Below are positions 1-14,000 of a DNA stretch of 64,000 nt, piece after piece (the first letter of the stretch is position 1; the number at the start of each line of letters is the position of its first letter). The notes under the pieces are model-generated. The model saw nothing but the letters and a program-made list of their open reading frames with translations, did no database searches and had not been told where the DNA came from. The stretch is from Macrostomum hystrix (Eukaryota > Animalia > Platyhelminthes). The translations under genes and the position numbers were made by a program. The DNA lies in NCBI GenBank assembly GCA_950097015.1, contig CATNEN010000038.1, forward strand, positions 11,780,001-11,844,000. The letters are read 5' to 3'.

Positions 1-483
1 AATCTGGTCATAGATTTTAGCCTTCTTTAATCTGGTCATGGATCCTAGCTTTCTTATCTGTAAAGTACAAACCTAAGCAAAACATACTTTCTCCACCTTT
101 CCTTACCTTCTAACTGTCGGTTAGATTCGAGTAGTTTAAATTCTACAAACTACTTGTACATGGGAGAAATTATCATAGAGACGTAGGAAACAAGATCCAA
201 CAGCTGACTGTGTCTTTAGTTCACCGTTAGTTATGTTCAAAATTTGCCGTATTTTTGGCATAGCAGCATAACTTGGGGTACTGGGACGAAGCATGTCATA
301 ATGGGAGGTCGACCGCAAAATATTAAGAAAACACAGAGAGAGAGTAAGTGAGAGTGAAAAACAAGACGCAAACGAATAGGTTCTTTAAAGTACAAAGCTG
401 CATCATCAACAGCAGGTCTAGTAGTTGCTGGGCCTATGCTTCCTAATTCACTGTTCCTTTATAGAATAATTAATGAAATACTG

Positions 484-750
484 TAATAATTTATCAGTCC
501 CAATCAGGCCAGATTTGCAGCCGACAGCACAGCCGCAGCTATATTGCGCGGCGTATCTGAAGGCTGCGTACGGCTGTTCAGTCCATGGACTGGGGGGGAC
601 GCCACACCCACCCTCAATTACCCCAGCTAATGCCAATGCTGTTATCCATTTAAGAGCTGGGTGAAATGAAGCAATTCCAGGTGGATTCGGGAATCGAACC
701 CCCGACCTTCAAGTCGTGGGTCTGACGCTCCAACGACTATGGCTGCAGAG
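484..750 (-). mobile_element. SINE family A copy (internally deleted)
   Basis: Reverse-complement match to 30296-30627, including GGCTGTTCAGTCCATGGACTGGGGG and the B box (GGGAATCGAACC on +). Confidence 0.85.
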
Positions 751-1244
751 TATGCCCTCATTCTTTTCCTGTGCACTTTTTGTCGAACTTAAAAGTGCAA
801 CGGACCACTAGCGCATCACCGCTGCGGGGCTGGCAGTTTTATCGGACTAAGAAATGGAATTTCCTCTACCAGTTGTTGTTACCGTTTCAGTCCAGCTCGC
901 TTCGCAACATTCCGGAGCAGCTTTTGTTTCTGCAATTTAATTTTCAGAACATTTCTACTTTGATTTCTGCTTTCAAATGCCAGAACCGCTGAAAACAGAT
1001 CTATAGAAGCGACTGCATTTTTTGCTAGATAAAAAACTGGGTTAGATTAGAATCAGCAATTAGTGAAATTGCTTCTGGAGTCAGTCAAGCCGGGTGGGCG
1101 AATCAGAATTGAGCATTGCTCAAGGAAATGCAAAGGCCGCTCATTTTAATTTTTATCAAATCCTTGAACGATCTTTTTCGTCTTCATCTTCACAACCCGA
1201 AGTGTGTAAAAAATTAAGGCAAACAGAGAAATTCGCTTGTTAGT

Positions 1245-1800
1245 GTTAGACACAACATGGAACCGGTTGGACACATTCAAATGCTGGTTGGACACATTTT
1301 GGAACCTGTTAGACACTTTTAAATACATGTTAGACATCTTTTTGAATCCCTAGATATATTTTAGAACCTGTTAGACACAGTTTAAAATCCGTTAAGCACC
1401 GTGGAACCTGTTAGACACAATTTGGAACCTGTTAGAAGTGGTGTGGAACCTGTTAGACGTGGTGTGGAACCTGTCAGAATGGTGTGGAACCTGTTAGACG
1501 TAGTGTGGAACCTTTTAGACATGGTTTGAAACCTATTAGACACGCTTTGGAACATGTTAGACACGCTTTGGAATCGGTTAGACACGCTTTGGAACCTGTT
1601 AGACACAGTTTAGAACCCGTTAAGCACCGTGGAACCTGTTAGACACAATTTTGAACCTGTTAGACGTGGTGTGGAACCTTTTACACGTGGTGTGGAACCT
1701 GTTAGACACTGTGTGGAACCTGTTAGACACAATTTTGAACCTGTTAGACGTGGTGTGGAACCTGTTAGACACGATGTGGAACCTGTTAGACACTGTTTGA
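1245..1800. repeat. Degenerate ~21-bp minisatellite (GTGGAACCTGTTAGACACGTG-like)
   Basis: Repeated GGAACCTGTTAGAC core. Confidence 0.9.
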
Positions 1801-2001
1801 AGCGACGCGACTCTCTCGTGTCAGATTTAGCCTTTCTGCGTGGGCGGTAAACTAGATAAAATGTGTGTACTAAATTTAAATAACTTCCTTCCAGTTACAT
1901 CAAGCGACCCGTCTCACTATTCTCAGAACAGTAGCCGTCAGAGTCTTGTTACATTATTTGCCAGCTCATTTCCCTTCTGCATCATTCCCCCTTTTTTACA
2001 G

Positions 2002-5000
2002 AGGGAGATTCGATTTCACTACAATGATGAGTCGCCATTAATTTCCGGACAGGCCGTAACAGAAGCCTTCAGCAATGGCTACCTCAGGTAAGGATCCTTT
2101 TTGCAGTGTCGGTTCAATGTTCGTTTGTCTGCTAGCTGGAAATCTAAAAATGGATAGATTGGACTGATTTAGCCTGTGTATATTGTTGTACAATCCTGTA
2201 AAATAATACTTGACGAATTAGTTAAGCCTGTCCAGCTGACCGTACATTTCAGTGGTGCCTCTAAAATGGCATCACTGAGATAATAATTAAGATAAGAATC
2301 GATAAAGATGGTATAAGAATTCGATGGTCTAAGATAAGAATTCGATGGTCTAAGATAAGAATTCGATGGTCTAAGATAATAATTCAATAGACTGACATAA
2401 GAATTCGATAAACAAAGGTAAAAATTCTACGAACTAAGATAAGAATTAGACGAACAAAGATAAGAATTAGACGAACAAAGATAAGATTTCGACGAACAAA
2501 GATAAGAATTAGACGAACAAAGATAAGAATTCTACGAACAAAGATAAGAATTCTACGAACAAAGATAAGAATTCTACGAACAAAGATAAGATTTCGACGA
2601 ACAAAGATAAGAATTCTACGAACAAAGATAAGAATTCTACGAACAAAGATAAGAATTCTACGAACAAAGATAAGAATTCTACGAACAAAGATAAGATTTC
2701 GACGAACAAAGATAAGAATTCTACGAACAAAGATAAGAATTCTACGAACAAAGATAAGATTTCGACGAACAAAGATAAGAATTAGACGAACAAAGATAAG
2801 AATTCTACGAACAAAGATAAGAATTCTACGAACAAAGATAAGAATTCTACGAACAAAGATAAGATTTCGACGAACAAAGATAAGATTTCGACGAACAAAG
2901 ATAAGAATTCTACGAACAAAGATAAGAATTCTACGAACAAAGATAAGAATTAGACGAACAAAGATAAGAATTCTACGAACAAAGATAAGATTTCGACGAA
3001 CAAAGATAAGAATTCTACGAACAAAGATAAGAGTTCTACGAACAAAGATAAGAATTCTACGAACAAAGATAAGATTTCGACGAACAAAGATAAGAATTCT
3101 ACGAACAAAGATAAGAATTCTACGAACAAAGATAAGAATTCTACGAACAAAGATAAGAATTCTACGAAAAAAGATAAGAATTCTACGAACAAAGATAAGA
3201 TTTCGACGAACAAAGATAAGATTTCGACGAACAAAGATAAGAATTAGACGAACAAAGATAAGATTTCGATGAACAAAGATAAGAATTAGACGAACAAAGA
3301 TAAGATTTCGACGAACAAAGATGAGAATTAGACGAACAAAGATAAGAATTCTACGAACAAAGATAAGAATTAGACGAACAAAGATAAGATTTCGACGAAC
3401 AAAGATAAGAATTAGACGAACAAAGATAAGAATTAGACGAACAAAGATAAGAATTCGACGAACAAAGATAAGAATTAGACGAACAAAGATAAGAATTCGA
3501 CGAACAAAGATAAGAATTAGACGAACAAAGATAAGATTTCGACGAACAAAGATAAGATTTCGACGAACAAAGATAAGATTTCGACGAATAAAGATAAGAT
3601 TTCGACGAACAAAGATAAGATTTCGACGAACAAAGATAAGATTTCGACGAATAAGGATAAGATTTCGACGAACAAAGATAAGAATTAGACGAACAGCAAA
3701 ATCTAATGGCTATGAAAAAAGATTTCTTCGCATATTTGCATATTGTAAAAATTTGCTATTTCATTAGGCCCAGTTCTGTTCCTGCCGGCTTATACTGAGC
3801 AGAGCTCCAGACTCTAAAATTCTAATTTCGCTTTCCTTACAAAGAAGAATTAAGGATAATAAGAGAATTATGGGCGATCCTATATATACTGTATGCGAGC
3901 TGTTTTAGGGGATAAGCCTTGGCTAGACAGTGATTTGTTGAGCTCAGCAAACATGAATAGCCTATCCTGTAAAGCCAAGATTGTTGAGTGATCATTACAA
4001 GCGGCTCAATCCGTTAACGTACAGTCAGGCCAGCCTCCTCTACGCGCTTGCGTGCTGTACAGTGTCTCCCCTCTGTCTGGGATGACTGTTGCAGTCGACA
4101 CTTCGAGCTAGAAAAAGACAAGACAAGCTTGACGTCAGAGATTATTTAGAAAATAATTCAGACGACGATAAAAGAGGATCACAGTCGGGTTCGCTGTGGG
4201 GAGAGGGGAGAGAGAGTGGGAGAGAGGAAAAGAGGGAGAAGGAAAGAGTAGGAGAAATGGGCATAAGTAAGGTGTGAGAGGGAAGGGGAGAAAAAAGTAG
4301 TGGGGGGAGAGAGGTAAGGGGAGGGTGGATGGAGAGAAAGAGAGGGGAGAAGAGGAGAGAGCTAGGGATTTTTCTCAATTTTTCTAAGTTCGATTCCACG
4401 GCGAGGCCACATTTATTTGGGGGCTTGTCGTGCGATTTACGCCCTTTAGGGCCAACCTCCAAGGCACAGTGAGGGCGTATGAGAAGGTCAGGGCAGATGA
4501 ACACACCTGTGTGTGCTCTGACCCCAGCAGCAGAGAACCAATGTCCCCCCAGCAGCAGAGAACCAATGTCCCCCCAGCAGCAGAGAACCAATGTCCCCCA
4601 GCAGCAGAGAACCAATGTCCCCCAGCAGCAGAGAACCAATGTCCCCCCAGCAGCAGAGAACCAATGTCCCCCCAGCAGCAGAGAACCAATGTCCCCCAGC
4701 AGCAGAGAACCAATGTCCCCCCAGCAGCACAGAACCAATGTCCCCCCAGCAGCAGAGAACCAATATCCCCAGGAGCAGAGAACCAATGTCCCCCCAGCAG
4801 CAGAGAACCAATGTCCCCCCAGCAGCAGAGAACCAATGTCCCCCCAGCAGCAGAGAACCAATGTCCCCCCAGCAGCAGAGAACCAATGTCCCCCCAGCAG
4901 CAGAGAACCAATGTCCCCAGCAGCAGAGAACCAATGTCCCCCCAGCAGCAGAGAACCAATGTCCCCCCAGCAGCACAGAACCAATGTCCCCCCAGCAGCA

Positions 5001-8000
5001 CAGAACCAATGTCCCCAGCAGCAGAGAACCAATTTCCCCCCCAGCAGCAGAGAACCAATGTCCCCCCAGCAGCACAGAACCAATGTCCCCAGGAGCACAG
5101 AACCAATGTCCCCAGGAGCAGAGAACTAATGTCTCCCAGCAGCAGAGAACCAATGTCCCCCCAGCAGCAGAGTCCATGGGGTTTGGCCACAGATTTCAAA
5201 AATTGAAAATTCGTTGCAATTTTTAGCGCAGCTGAACCGCGTCAACGTTGAAAAAAGTTGACAAATTTAAATTAAACAACAATTTTTCTCAATCTTTAAT
5301 AATCAACTGCCCGGAACAGTTGACTGAAGATCGAATCACCTTGATTGGCCAGTCGCGAAATGATAAGAGCTGTCAGAGGCAGCAAATTAAGTGGCCAAAA
5401 AAATTCGGTTAGTCCATTGTTAAGATTGCAGGACAGTTTTCTCAAGCTTATAGACTCATTCTGTTGAGTATTTATTATAATGAAACTGATTTTCCTCAGA
5501 CGATTCCTACTGATGGATTTTCTTGGGACGATTCTCTTCAAGCTAGTATCCTGGGACGATTCTATTCAAGCTAGTATCCTGGGACGATTCTCTTCAAGTT
5601 AGTATCCTGGGACAATTCTATTCAAGTTAGTTTCCTGGGTCGATTCTATTCAAGTTAGTATCCTGGGACTATTCTATTCAAGCTAGTATCCTGGGACGAT
5701 TCTATTCAAGTTAGTATCCTGGGACTATTCTATTCAAGTTAGTATCCTGGGACGATTCTATTCAAGTTAGTATCCTGGGACAATTCTATTCAAGTTAGTA
5801 TCCTGGGTCGATTCTATTCAAGTTAGTATCCTGGGACGATTCTATTCAAGCTAGTATCCTGGGTCGATTCTATTCAAGTTAGTATCCTGGGACGATTCTA
5901 TTCAAGTTAGTATCCTGGGTCGATTCTATTCAAGTTAGTATCCTGGGACGATTCTATTCAAGTTAGTATCCTGGGTCGATTCTATTCAAGTTAGTATCCT
6001 GGGACGATTCTATTCAAGTTAGTATCCTGGGTCGATTCTATTCAAGTTAGTATCCTGGGTCGATTCTATTCAAGTTAGTATCCTGGGACGATTCTATTCA
6101 AGTTAGTATCCTGGGACGATTCTATTCAAGTTAGTATCCTGGGTCGATTCTATTCAAGTTAGTATCCTGGGACGATTCTATTCAAGTTAGTATCCTGGGT
6201 CGATTCTATTCAAGCTAGTATCCTGGGACGATTCTATTCAAGTTAGTATCCTGGGACGATTCTATTCAAGTTAGTATCCTGGGACTATTCTATTCAAGTT
6301 AGTATCCTGGGACGATTCTATTCAAGTTAGTATCCTGGGTCGATTCTATTCAAGTTAGTATCCTGGGACAATTCTATTCAAGCTAGTATCCTGGGACGAT
6401 TCTATTCAAGTTAGTATCCTGGGACGATTCTATTCAAGTTAGTATCCTGGGACGATTCTATTCAAGTTAGTATCCTGGGACGATTCTTTACTAATCTTTT
6501 TCATTGGTCTATTCCCTTCCATAGAATTTCTTGGTACGATTCTTTTTTGGAGAATCATTTTGGTAAGTTTTCACTTGTAAATTTTTTATTTTTATGAATC
6601 GTGTAATCGTGCTGAAGATAAAAAATGGCGTTAAAAGTTGCTTAATTAGTTCTAGGCGGGGGGCCTCGCTCATTCCTGAACCCACTACCTCATAGTACCC
6701 CTGTGCTCTGCTGTTTAGAAAGTGTGAGCAATCTGTGCTAGGTAAGCCAACAGTGTCTCAGTGTCCGACCTGTTCCATCCATTCCTTTCATTTCTAACTC
6801 ACACTGCTCACAACTCACACTGCTCACTCGCTCACTCTGTTTCTTGTTTCAATAATTTTCTCGTTTGGCTCAAACAATCGCTCGCTATGGACAGACGTGG
6901 ACTGTTGTTTTTGCAGAAGTAATTTTAGGGACTGGCTCACAATATAAACCTATGGGGCACTGGCTAGTCTTATTAATTATTCATTCATTAATTTAGCACA
7001 GCAGTAAATGCAAAAGATGGTATGGAGATGAGACTAAACAGAATTGGATTGCTATATAAATTTCTGCTAGGCTCTTACTTCAACTATTATTTTCCATATT
7101 TACTATATTAGCTACTTATTTTAGTAGTGCTTATATCAAGTGTTGATTTTTTCGCCACAGATAATTTATTCGGGACAAATTTACATCCGATGCAGGTCAT
7201 TGTCGACGTCCCAGGATCTGGTGGTGGTGGATTCTGCCAGTCTTCGGCAATCAGATGCAGCTGCTCTGTTTGGATCAGCGCCTCATGGACACATTGGTGA
7301 GCTGCCTCACACTGATTGCTCAGTACTCAGCTGTACCTGTTACACCTGTTACACCTGGGACACCTTTTACACCTGCTTCACCTGTTTCACCTGTTAGACA
7401 GGTTAGGCTCCTATTTTACCTAGGACACCTGTTCTACCTGTTACAAATGTTCAACCTCGTACACCTGTTACACCTGTTAGACAGGTTAGGCTCCTATTTT
7501 ACCTAGGACACCTGTTCTACCTGTTACAAATGTTAAACCTCGTACACCTGTTACAGCTGCTAGACAGGGAGTCACCTTTTAAACAGATAGTCACCTGTTA
7601 GACATGGAGCAACCTGTTAGATAGATTAGACACCTGTTAGATAGATTAGACACCTGTTAGATAGATTAGACACCTGTTAGATAGATTAGACACCTGTTAG
7701 ATAGATTAGACACCTGTTAGATAGATTAGACACCTGTTAGACAGATTAGACACCTGTTAGAAAGATTAGACACCTGTTAGATAGGGAGTCACATGTTAGA
7801 CAGGTAATCTCCTGTTAGACAGGCAGTCACATGTTAGACAGGCAGTCACATGTTAGACAGGCAGTCACATGTTAGACAGGGAGTCACAAGTTAGACAGGT
7901 AATCTCCTGTTAGACAGGCAGTCACATGTTAGACAGGCAGTCACATGTTAGACAGGCAGTCACATGTTAGACAGGGAGTCACAAGTTAGACAGGTAATCT

Positions 8001-11000
8001 CCTGTTAGACAGGCAGTCACATGTTAGACAGGCAGTCACATGTTAGACAGGGAGTCACATGTTAGACAGAGAATCACATGTTAGACAGAGAATCACATGT
8101 TAGACAGAGAGTCACATGTTAGACAGGCAGTCACCAGTTAGTGTGCCGTGAGCAAACTCTGCGCTTTCATTAATTTCAGTCGTGCAAACATCAATTTTGT
8201 GAATTGTCTTCTTTCAGGTGTCGCACTCCCGATCCGAGACCAGTCAGTGGCGCATTGCCTGGTGACTGTGAGTGGCCTTTTTTCTGCCTTGACTTGAAAG
8301 CAGGGCCGATTTGATTTTTGCTTGAGTTGGACGGGCGCGGCGGGTGGAACTGACTGCTTTTTTCTGAGCTCACCTGCAGCTTGAGCAGTCCCGCGCCTTC
8401 CGCTCATCATCGCATCTCTCCCCTCGCGGGCTCTACGCATCCTAATTCATCTCGCCCGGTATCCCCTCCCCAATACCCCCAGCCTACCCTACTTTCGTCT
8501 TCGTCATCTTCTTCTTTTCTCCTAGAGGCAATTTTTGTCGGCCTGTCTTAAACAGCGGGGCTAGGAGGTGAGCGGTGGAGGGGGTGGGTGGGCGAGTTGC
8601 TCGGTGGACACTGCAGCGGCAGTCAGCGAATCTCTCAACCCAGGCCCCTCTGATCTGATGCTCCCCCCCCGTGCGCCTTCTTATAGTCCGAACTCTCCTG
8701 ACAGCTCCGCGGCCTTGAGTTCCTCATTGCCCTGCTCAAATCTCCGCGGCAAGATCGCAGCGCAGTGTCCCACAATGAGATCTTCTTAGCCGGGGGGGCG
8801 CCCGGGTCAGAAGTAAAGAAGAGGCAAAAAAGGCCACCCTGTTTGCTACGTTTCGCCGTCTCTCCTTCTCCATGCGCACGTGTCGCTACAATTTCTTCTG
8901 TTGCAGTTTGTTGTACAGGAAGTCTCGGAGCTGCACAGGATGGCGCTAGAGGCCTTCAAGCGGCAGGTGAGTTCTGAAATACAATTCAATTCGGTCCGGC
9001 CGAGAAATGGCATGGAATACAGGAATAACAGGATACACCCGTGTCTAACAGGATACACCCGTGTCTAACAGGATACACCCGTGTCTAACAGGATACACCC
9101 GTGTCTAACAGGATACACCCGTGTCTAACAGGATACACCCGTGTCTAACAGGATACACCCGTGTCTAACAGGATACACCCGTGTCTAACAGGATACACCC
9201 GTGTCTAACAGGATAAGGTTGTGTCTAACAGGATACACCCGTGTCTAACAGGATACACCCGTGTCTAACAGGATACAGCTGTGTCTAACAGGATACAAGT
9301 GGGTCTAACAGGATAAGGTTGTGTCTAACAGGATACACCCGTGTCTAACAGGATACACCCGTGTCTAACAGGATACACCCGTGTCTAACAGGATACACCC
9401 GTGTCTAACAGGATACACCCGTGTCTAACAGGATACACCCGTGTCTAACAGGATAAGGTTGTGTCTAACAGGATACACCCGTGTCTAACAGGATACACCC
9501 GTGTCTAACAGGATACACCCGTGTCTAACAGGATACACCCGTGTCTAACAGGATACACCCGTGTCTAACAGGATACACCCGTGTCTAACAGGATACACCC
9601 GTGTCTAACAGGATAAGGTTGTGTCTAACAGGATACACCCGTGTCTAACAGGATACACCCGTGTCTAACAGGATAAGGTTGTGTCTAACAGGATACACCC
9701 GTGTCTAACAGGATACACCCGTGTCTAACAGGATACAGCTGTGTCTAACAGGATACAAGTGGGTCTAACAGGATAAGGCTGTGTCTAACAGGATGCAGCT
9801 GTGTCTAACAGGATACAACTGGGTCTAACAGGATAAGGCTGTGTCTAGCAGGATTCAACTGTGTATAATAGAATAACGTTGTGTCATATAGGATACAGTT
9901 GTGTCTAACAGGATAAGGCTGTGTCTAACAGGATGCAGCTGTGTCTAACAGGATACACCCGTGTCTAACAGGATACACCCGTGTCTAACAGGATACACCC
10001 GTGTCTAACAGGATACACCCGTGTCTAACAGGATACACCCGTGTCTAACAGGATAAGGTTGTGTCTAACAGGATACACCCGTGTCTAACAGGATACACCC
10101 GTGTCTAACAGGATACACCCGTGTCTAACAGGATACACCCGTGTCTAACAGGATAAGGTTGTGTCTAACAGGATACACCCGTGTCTAACAGGATACACCC
10201 GTGTCTAACAGGATACAGCTGTGTCTAACAGGATACAAGTGGGTCTAACAGGATAAGGCTGTGTCTAACAGGATGCAGCTGTGTCTAACAGGATACAACT
10301 GGGTCTAACAGGATAAGGCTGTGTCTAGCAGGATTCAACTGTGTATAATAGAATAACGTTGTGTCCTATAGGATACAGTTGTGTCTAACAGGAAACATTT
10401 TTATAAAATATCTGGTCCTTAGAGTATACGTTTTATACAACGTTAGAGTTTGGAATTTTTTCAGCTCGAAACCACCTGTACGAGACTTGTTCGTTTAGCT
10501 GCTCTGGGATTTCCTGGCGCAAGCAAGACCGCAACTGGTCAGCAGCAACAGCAGCAGCAGCAGCCAGCACCTATTGCCAGCGAATGTGACGGCACAGAAG
10601 ATTCAAAGCGAAATTCATCCGCATTGGTCCGTCGGGACAGCCAATCACATCCCATTCTGGCTTTGTGCGGTAAGTGAGCGAATGTACATTGCTATTTTTA
10701 GAACAGAGTATCGATCGCTGGTAAAGGAGAGAAAATTTCAATTTGACCTATTTTTAGAACTTTATCAGCCAACTAACGTTGAGACGAATTGTAGAACCTT
10801 AAAAGCTATTCTTATAAATTTCTTAGAAAGATGTCAAGTGTTTGCAACGTCGCGATGTACTAAAAGTGCGATCCCCCCTGAAACATTTTAGCGGAACTCT
10901 ACGACCAAGATTCTGGAAATTTGCAGCTGAAAGTGATCAATTACGTAAGAATGGGTATTTATCGTATTTAAAGGGTTCGAAATCAGTTACAATCGCGGCA

Positions 11001-14000
11001 CAAAATTAATTTTTTTACATTTCAGTTAAAAAGTCGAATCCACTGCGAGACCGGCTTCCTGCTGCTGGTGTCCCAAGATCGAGCGCACGTGTTTTGCCAG
11101 GTAAATTTAGCGAAAAGCGCTTTGAACTTTTGCGATTCGAAAATCAGCCTTTAAAAATGAGTCACGCCCAACAAAGCATCGATTTATCTATTCTCTCTCT
11201 CGTCTCTGATTGGTTAGCACTTAAACTCCTCTTTCCAGTGATAATAATGAACATAATTAATTACACCTGCCCTAATTGGGCCAGATGCCCTAATGCAGCC
11301 GACCGTACAGCCTGAGGGATTCATACGGCTGTTCAGTCCATGGACTGGGGGGCCGCCACACATCCTCAATTGCTCCAGCCAATGCTAGTACCCATTTAAG
11401 AGCTGGGTGAACTGAAGCAATGCAGAATTAAGAGTCTTGCCAAAGGACACAAGTTGTTCCAGTGGAGTCGGGAATCAAACCCGCGACCTTCAAGTCGTGA
11501 GTCCGACGCTCCAACCACTAAGCTACACCCCCTTTCCCGTCAACCTTCATTTGATCTGTTTTCTATGGTCCAGCCCAATGAGTTCTATGGCAACCGCCGT
11601 CATCAACCCGCAGGTGGTCGGCGACTCAGTCCTAGCCGAGGAGGTCCGCATCGGAGTATGTACCGAGTGCTTCAATGATGCTCCTGGCTTGTCGGCGAGC
11701 AAAGGCAAAGTAAAAATAGAGCCATAGAGGAACAGGCTTAGGCGGAGAGATTAGCTAAATGAGCTGGAGAATAAGCTAAAAATATGCAGCTGCATGCGTT
11801 ACACAGCAGATTTAGTAGTGCCTTTTTAGCTGTCGCCGCTGTGTTCGTGCTAAATAACTATGCAGCGAAGCACCAAAATTCGCATGTTAATTCTTTGAGC
11901 ACGCTTTACATAACACTAACCAGAGTAGAAGTTTAGACGTGCTAATTAAAATAAAAATAACAGCTAGATGATCTTGCGAGCCTCCTGAAACTTCGAGGTA
12001 CCAAAGTACTTATTTGGAAGTGACGATGATACTCATCTGAAAGCAGATTTAAGACCCGTTCACTTCAAGCGTTACTTTAATTAGTTCAATTACTTTAAAT
12101 TTCTTAAAATATCTACTAGGGGAAGGGGACAATAATGATAATAATAATACGAGTAATAATTGCAGCAGGGCTGCGGGCAATGGCACATCATTTGGTGACA
12201 CTAGACCCGCAGCCAGCAAGGAGGCAATTCTGCCATTTCGCTGACTCCTGAGCACACACGCACAGATGCTGTACAAAAGCAAACTCACACAGGTGTGTAC
12301 ATCTGCCCCGACTTTCTCATCGTCAGGCAGTGTACACTTTCAGTGTGCCTTGTAGGTCTCGCCGCGGAATCGCCCTGGTTATTCCAGAATATTGTGGAGC
12401 TAAATTTTGAATCGAAGTTTCTCAGCGGCTCTGCAAAAATTATTCCAAGAAAAGGCAGTAAAACTCGTAGTAAATTATTTTAGTTTCTTCTAGACTAATT
12501 AAGCTTGCCTTTGTTTGCCCGCCAGAAAATTTGTTGTTCTTAAAACAATTGTTGTGTCCGTTTTTTTGTTGCTTACATATTTTCTATTGTTTTGTTAAGA
12601 ATTTTCATCTGACCGCGACTACAGAGGCTACTGAGAGTTTTGAATGGTTCGAATGTGAAACTATTTGTGTTCTATTTCTGTCCTACAGTCCTCTGAACAT
12701 TTTGGTGGGGTATGTTGCCTCCCCAGTCCATGGACTAAACATCCGCACCCCGCCTAGTTGTTAGAGCGTTGGACTCACGCTTGAAGGTCGCGGGTTCGAT
12801 TCCCAACTTCACGGGAACAGTTTGTGTCCTTTAGCAAGACACTTCGACTGTGTTGCTTCAGTTCACCCAGCTGTTATATGGGTACCAGCATCAGCTTGGT
12901 AGTTGAGGGTGTGTGTGGCGTCTCCCCTGTCCATGGACTGAACAGCCGTATGCAGCCTTCAGATGCACTGCGCAATAGCTGCGGCTGCGCTGTGGGCTGT
13001 ACATCTGGCCTGATTGAGGGCTGGTGTAATTAAGAAAAAATATGATCGTAATCGTTGTTTGTTGAAATTGCATTTTTCGAATTTTCCGATCAAAACACAA
13101 CAACAAGAAACTCGACTGCTTTCAGCTGGGAATTGGCTGCGGTTGCGGAACACCTGAGGTGAGCTAGAGCTGATCGCAAGGACATTATAGACCAACCAAG
13201 GATTTAGTCTAAGCGCAATATTCACTTAAACGAGCAGATAAATTATCACGTTGCTGACTCGCTGCGTTGGTCCATGGTGTGGCTGTTAAACACTTAATCT
13301 TCATTATTTTGTGTCACAAAATTTACTAACTCTTTTCTGACAGTATTTTTCTAAGCGGTTAACAAAGTGCCCATTCAAAGGAGACAGGCAGTAGTAGGCA
13401 ATGGTCAATCGTCTTCGCTTGGTCAGCCTCCTTCCACACTTCATCTTAGTCTCTCTTGGTTTGGTCCAGCAGTCCCTCTGCCCCAAAGCTAGCCTGCAGC
13501 CTGTGACTCGAACAGAGTCGAGACGCAGAGGCCCAGCTATATATTATAATCCTTCTGGCATGTCTGTCCTCGGCTTCTGCCTCTTTATTCTATTGCTGCT
13601 GTTGCTGTTGCTGCTGCTACTGCTGCTGCTAATGCTACTGCTGAGCTGCTAATTCTAATATACTGCTGCTAATTTTAATATACTGCTGCTAATTTTAATA
13701 TACTGCTGCTATTGCTACTGCTGATGCTGCTGCTGCGGCTGCTGCTGTTTCTTCTGCTCTTTCTAATGATCCTACTGCTGCTAATGCTGCCACTGCTGCT
13801 GCTGCCACTGCTTCCACTGCTTCCACTGCTGCTGCTGCTTCCACTGCTTCCACTGCTGCTGCTCCCACTGCTGCTGCTGATGCTGCCACTGCTGCTGCTG
13901 CCACTGCTGCTGCTGCTGCTGCTTCCACTGTTTCCACTGCTGCTGCTGCCACTGCTGCTGCTTCCACTGCTTCCACAGCTGCTGCTGCCACTGCTTCCAC

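Noticed and set aside
770-1240. First coding exon of PDE2
   Set aside because: Candidate acceptors near 947-1006 lead to stops or the wrong phase; the start is probably upstream of the window or unrecognised.
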